Source of the DNA: Vicugna vicugna
Lineage: Eukaryota
Length of the DNA: 63,791 nucleotides
Direction: 5' to 3'
Assembly (NCBI GenBank): GCA_013265495.1
Contig: MU057719.1
Location: 210 to 64,000, forward strand
Shown here: in pieces, positions 60,108 through 63,791 of the stretch
Position numbering within the stretch: position 1 is the first letter of the stretch
Layout of the letters: each line of letters begins with the position of its first letter
Translations under genes and position numbers: made by a program
The notes under the pieces: model-generated
What the model saw: the letters and a program-made list of their open reading frames with translations, nothing else
Database searches by the model: none
What the model was told of the DNA's origin: nothing

Positions 60108-61526
60108 GGGCGCGCGCGGCGTCCCCGCTCTTTCGGCGAGTGCGCGCGGTCGGAGCCCCGCAGCCCACTCGGGACCCCCACGCTCCCCGCCCCAGGTGCC
60201 TGCACCCGGCCGAGCCCGAGAAGCAGCGTGGAGGGGCCCTGATTGCCACCGTTTGGGGCTAGAAAAGTTGCAGTTCCCCCCGCCTAACTTTTTCTTTCAC
60301 TTGCAAGAGTACAGAGCTCCTCTTCTGGGTGGAGGCTGAACTTCCAATCCAGCCAGATCGGGGCGCCCAAGGCTGTGGCAGACATGTCCACCCCGACAGC
60401 CGACCCGCCCTCCACCGCCCCCCAGCTTCTCCTGCCCCAGCTGAGGTCTAGGCTCCCAGGAGGTCCCCAGGGAGCTCGGATGCCACACATCTGGGATATT
60501 AATCAGGCGAAGTTAGCCGGCAGCCCCTCCCCCCTCGCTTCCTCCTACTGTCTGCTGACCCCTTTGCATCGAAAAGGAAAGCAAAGAAGACACCCCTCTG
60601 GGAGGTGACAGCAGGCAAAGGATGAGGGGTTAGGGCCCCTGCCCTGGGACGGCCTCTGGGAGCTGCCTTTCTGTCTCCACTTCTTTGAGCCTTGGCGAGG
60701 TCCCCCTGGAGCAGGAGCCTGCCAGGCTCTGGTGGCAGGTGGGAGCTCCCTCCATGAGGCTCCCCAAGCTCAGAAAGCCCCCCTGCTCAGAACCCTTCCG
60801 GGAAGAGCAGTAGGGCTAGCTTTAAAGAGCAATGGAGGTGGATCAGGAGGCCTCCAAGCCCTAAGCCATCCCCATCCCCTTCGAGCAAATAACTCAGCCG
60901 GTGGTACCGAAGCACGTCGGGGACCCCTATGCTCCCTGTCTCCCGTTACCCCCCCAGACCGGGCTGAAATTCCCCAGATGCCCTTTGATTCCTGTCACCC
61001 TGGGAACAGGAAGGGAGGGGAGGGGGTAGAGGGGAGGTTTGCTGAGATGGCCCCATGCTGCCCCCTGAGCTGGGTGATGGGGCGCTGGGGCGCTTCTGGC
61101 CCTCAGGCCCCCTGTTTGCCCCGTGTGCTCTTCGAGGTGTTAAATATTGCACCGGAAAAGGACGAGACACATGAAGTGCAGCAGAAATGCTCCTCTGGCT
61201 TTCACGGTTCCTCGTTGCTGTTGTTTTTGCTCCCTGTAAAACCCCACGTACGATCCGGGGAACATGTATGACTTGTGAGTCGTGTGAGCTGGTTCAGCTG
61301 GAGAGCTGGCCCTTTACTGTCCTATGTCTCAGTGAGAGAGAAGTTCTATTGGACTCTCCCTGAGCCCCCAGCCCCGCCCCACACTGGGAAGGCCAGCTTC
61401 TCCTGAAGTCTTGGGGGCCACCGTAGGTCAGGGGTCTAGGCAGCAGAAGACAGCACAGCTTTCAGAGCTCCAGCTCTCCCCAAGGACGTGGGGTGCACCT
61501 TCAGTGACAGTCACACATGCCTCTCT

Positions 61527-61690
61527 GGGAGAGGGCACAGCCCAGTGGTAGGGTGCGTGCCGAGCATGCAGCCGGTCCTGGGTTCAATCCCCAGTAACTC
61601 CATTAAAAATAAATAAATAAACCTAATTACTTCCCCCCAAAAAAAACAAATCAAAAAAAAAGCCAAAAAATGTTTTAAAAACTAAAATTC
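61527..61690 (+). mobile_element. tRNA-derived SINE (camelid type) upstream of the promoter
   Basis: GGGAGAGGGCACAGCCCAGTGGTAG...CCTGGGTTCAATCCCCAGT...AAAAATAAATAAATAAACCTAATTACTTCCCCCC plus A-rich tail. Confidence 0.88.
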
Positions 61691-62934
61691 AAATGGTACC
61701 TGTATGCTTCAGGCATTGTGCCTTACTGGAAATATCACCAGAGCTGCGTCCCTCATCCCTGATAACTGCACCGTCCTCACACGTGCCTGTGTGCTGGCTA
61801 GCCCACCCTCCCGACACCTGGGCTCACAGTGGGCATCTGAACTTCCGCTTGGCTCAACACAGCTGGTCCCTCAAGAGCTCCCAGTGTCCCTTGGAGAGCT
61901 GACTTCACAGTGACGAGAAGGCTTTGGCCTCCTGGCTGCGAGCGGACTGGGTGGCTGCACCTCATCCCCTCCTGAGAGCCGGGAACGCCGTGGCTTGGCC
62001 TTCCAGCTCATGCACGCCTGGGGTCTGTCCCACCAGGAGACTCAGAGAGAAACCCCCAACCTGAGCAGCCAGACCCCTCTGCCCGGGACCATAGGAGGGT
62101 AACCATGATCCAGACTCTAGTGGGCGCAGCCGGGACACTGGCCAGCACTGCAGGCGCTCAGGCTGCCCTTGGCCATGCCTCCCAGTTGAGAGACGGACTT
62201 GCATCAGGTCGCACATAACAGTAGGGACCCCTGTCACGGCTCCCCTCACCAATGAGGAGGAGCTCTGGGTTCAAGTCCGGCTCAGCCACACCCTGCTGTG
62301 GGCCTGGAGCAGGAAGTCTCAGCGCTTGGAGCCCCAGGTCCTCCTGTCCCGAGGGGAGGGATTTTACTGGATCAAGCGAGGTGGTGCGCATGGCCGGGGA
62401 GCAGCTCCTGCCTCGGGCCCCAACCCCGTGTGAGCCCGCTCTCCAGGAGGAGGGACGCTGTCCATCACTGGAGGGCCGCCCTGCCGGCTCCAGGAGCCCC
62501 CACTTCTGCCTTCCCGCCCTCGGCCCTGCCCACCGCCCCCTGCGGGCTGAGGCCTCAGCAGCCAGGGCTGCTGCCTGTCCACCCGGCCAGCAGGGCGCTC
62601 CCCCCGCCTCGGACGAGGCATGAGCTCCACCACCTCCACTTTGACACAGTTGTGGGGGAGCCCAGGTGGGCCGGCCGGCGGCCAAGGGCAGCACCTGAGA
62701 CGCCAGGCCTCCCGGGACAGCAGGTTGCCCGGGGCTCTGACAAGGCGCCCCAGGCCGGGCGGCCTAGTGAGCCGCCCCCTCTCGTCCTGGGGACTGGAAG
62801 CCGCGGGCAGCGCTGCTTCTCCCGAGGCGGCCCCCGGGTGTGAAGACGGCCGTCTGATCCCCGCGTCTGCCGTTTGCGTGACTCCGTCCTAACGTTCAGG
62901 AAGGACAACCAGCCTAAAATGCAGGGGCTTCCTT

Positions 62935-63045
62935 TACCTTTATCTTCCCTGTAAAGGCCTTTCATCAAAGACAATCGTGCCTGAAGTGCTGGGGGTCAGG
63001 GTTCAGTATGTGAATTTGGGGGGGCATAGCTCAGCCCCCAACGCC
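62935..63045. mobile_element. MLT1-like LTR terminal fragment
   Basis: CTGAAGTGCTGGGGGTCAGGGTTCAGTATGTGAATTTGGGGGGGCATAGCTCAGCCC resembles an MLT1 terminus. Confidence 0.55.
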
Positions 63046-63791
63046 CTGGCAGCCCCAGTCTGCAGGCCTTTTGGAGAACCCCAGGGATGGAGGCACGCTG
63101 TTCTCCGGAACAGTAGGGGCATTCTGATGCCCGTGGGGGTGGGGACCCCGCCCAGCGGGAGCCCTCAGATGGCATCTCACCTGACGGTTCCTCCAGCCCA
63201 GCTGACAACCTCGCTCCTTTGGCAGGCAGAGTGGTCTGTCTGTTCTGTGACGCTGTCCACGCTGGGCAGGGGAGGGGGGTCCGGGGGCAGGACGCAGCTG
63301 AGACACAGCCGCCCCTGCAGAGGCTCGGTCCGGGGTCTCCTCCCTCCCTGCAGCCACTCGCCCTTACCGTCCTGTGAACCAGTGTCCCCAGCCTGAGTCC
63401 CCAGGGTGCACAGGGGAATGCCCACAGTCTCTGTGACAAGCACGGGGGCCGGCAGGCACAGCAAAGCACAGAGGGCAGAGCCGGGCCCGGAAGGCCACGT
63501 GGTTACACAGGTGCCTCCCTGCACGGGGACCTGATCTCCGCATCCCACGACCGGCCCCCAGTCTGTGCTCAATCAAGCTCTGCTGGGTGAACGAGAGAGC
63601 ATGTGGGCTGTGCGGGGAAGAGCCGGCACAGGGAGCCAGGAGCGTGTGCTCTGGCCCTGGTTGTCACTTGAACTCCAGGGCTCCAGGCTTTCTCAAATGG
63701 TACCCATGAAGCTGCCCTCCACCATGTCAAAACTTCCAAACGCCAACAAATGAGGGCTTCCCCTCCACCCACCCACCGCCAGCCAATGCAG

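Larger units (their letters stand above)
59080..60240. promoter_or_regulatory. CpG island / TATA-less GC-rich promoter of COL5A1
   Basis: Very dense CpG and GC boxes on both sides of exon 1; no TATA box visible upstream of the inferred TSS. Confidence 0.9.

Overview
Mammalian genomic DNA, very GC-rich, with two N-gaps. The tRNA-derived SINEs point to a camelid; this assignment is from recognition, not a search. The window holds the 5' end of COL5A1 (collagen alpha-1(V)) on the minus strand. It contains the CpG-island promoter and exon-1 5'UTR (~59.5-59.9 kb) and exons 2, 3 and 4 (168, 214 and 163 nt, canonical GT-AG sites, one continuous frame encoding most of the N-terminal TSPN/LamG-like domain). 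The exon-1 coding part falls inside an assembly gap, and exon 5 lies beyond the left edge. The rest is intron (intron 1 ~35 kb, intron 4 >17 kb) and ~3.9 kb of upstream DNA, with old L1/L2/MIR/MLT1 fragments, four SINEs and simple repeats. Nearly all ORFs in the supplied track are GC-content artefacts. I see no support for a new multi-gene system. The most unusual element is a 22-unit, 40-bp minisatellite in intron 1 in which 18 units carry a consensus NF-Y CCAAT box, in a gene whose own promoter has only a degenerate CAAAT box. Other leads are a 3-codon uORF, a candidate 36-nt poison exon, an E-box/CCAAT composite and an NQO1-type ARE. Comparisons with human or repeat consensus sequences are from memory and need alignment. 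Repeat boundaries are approximate.
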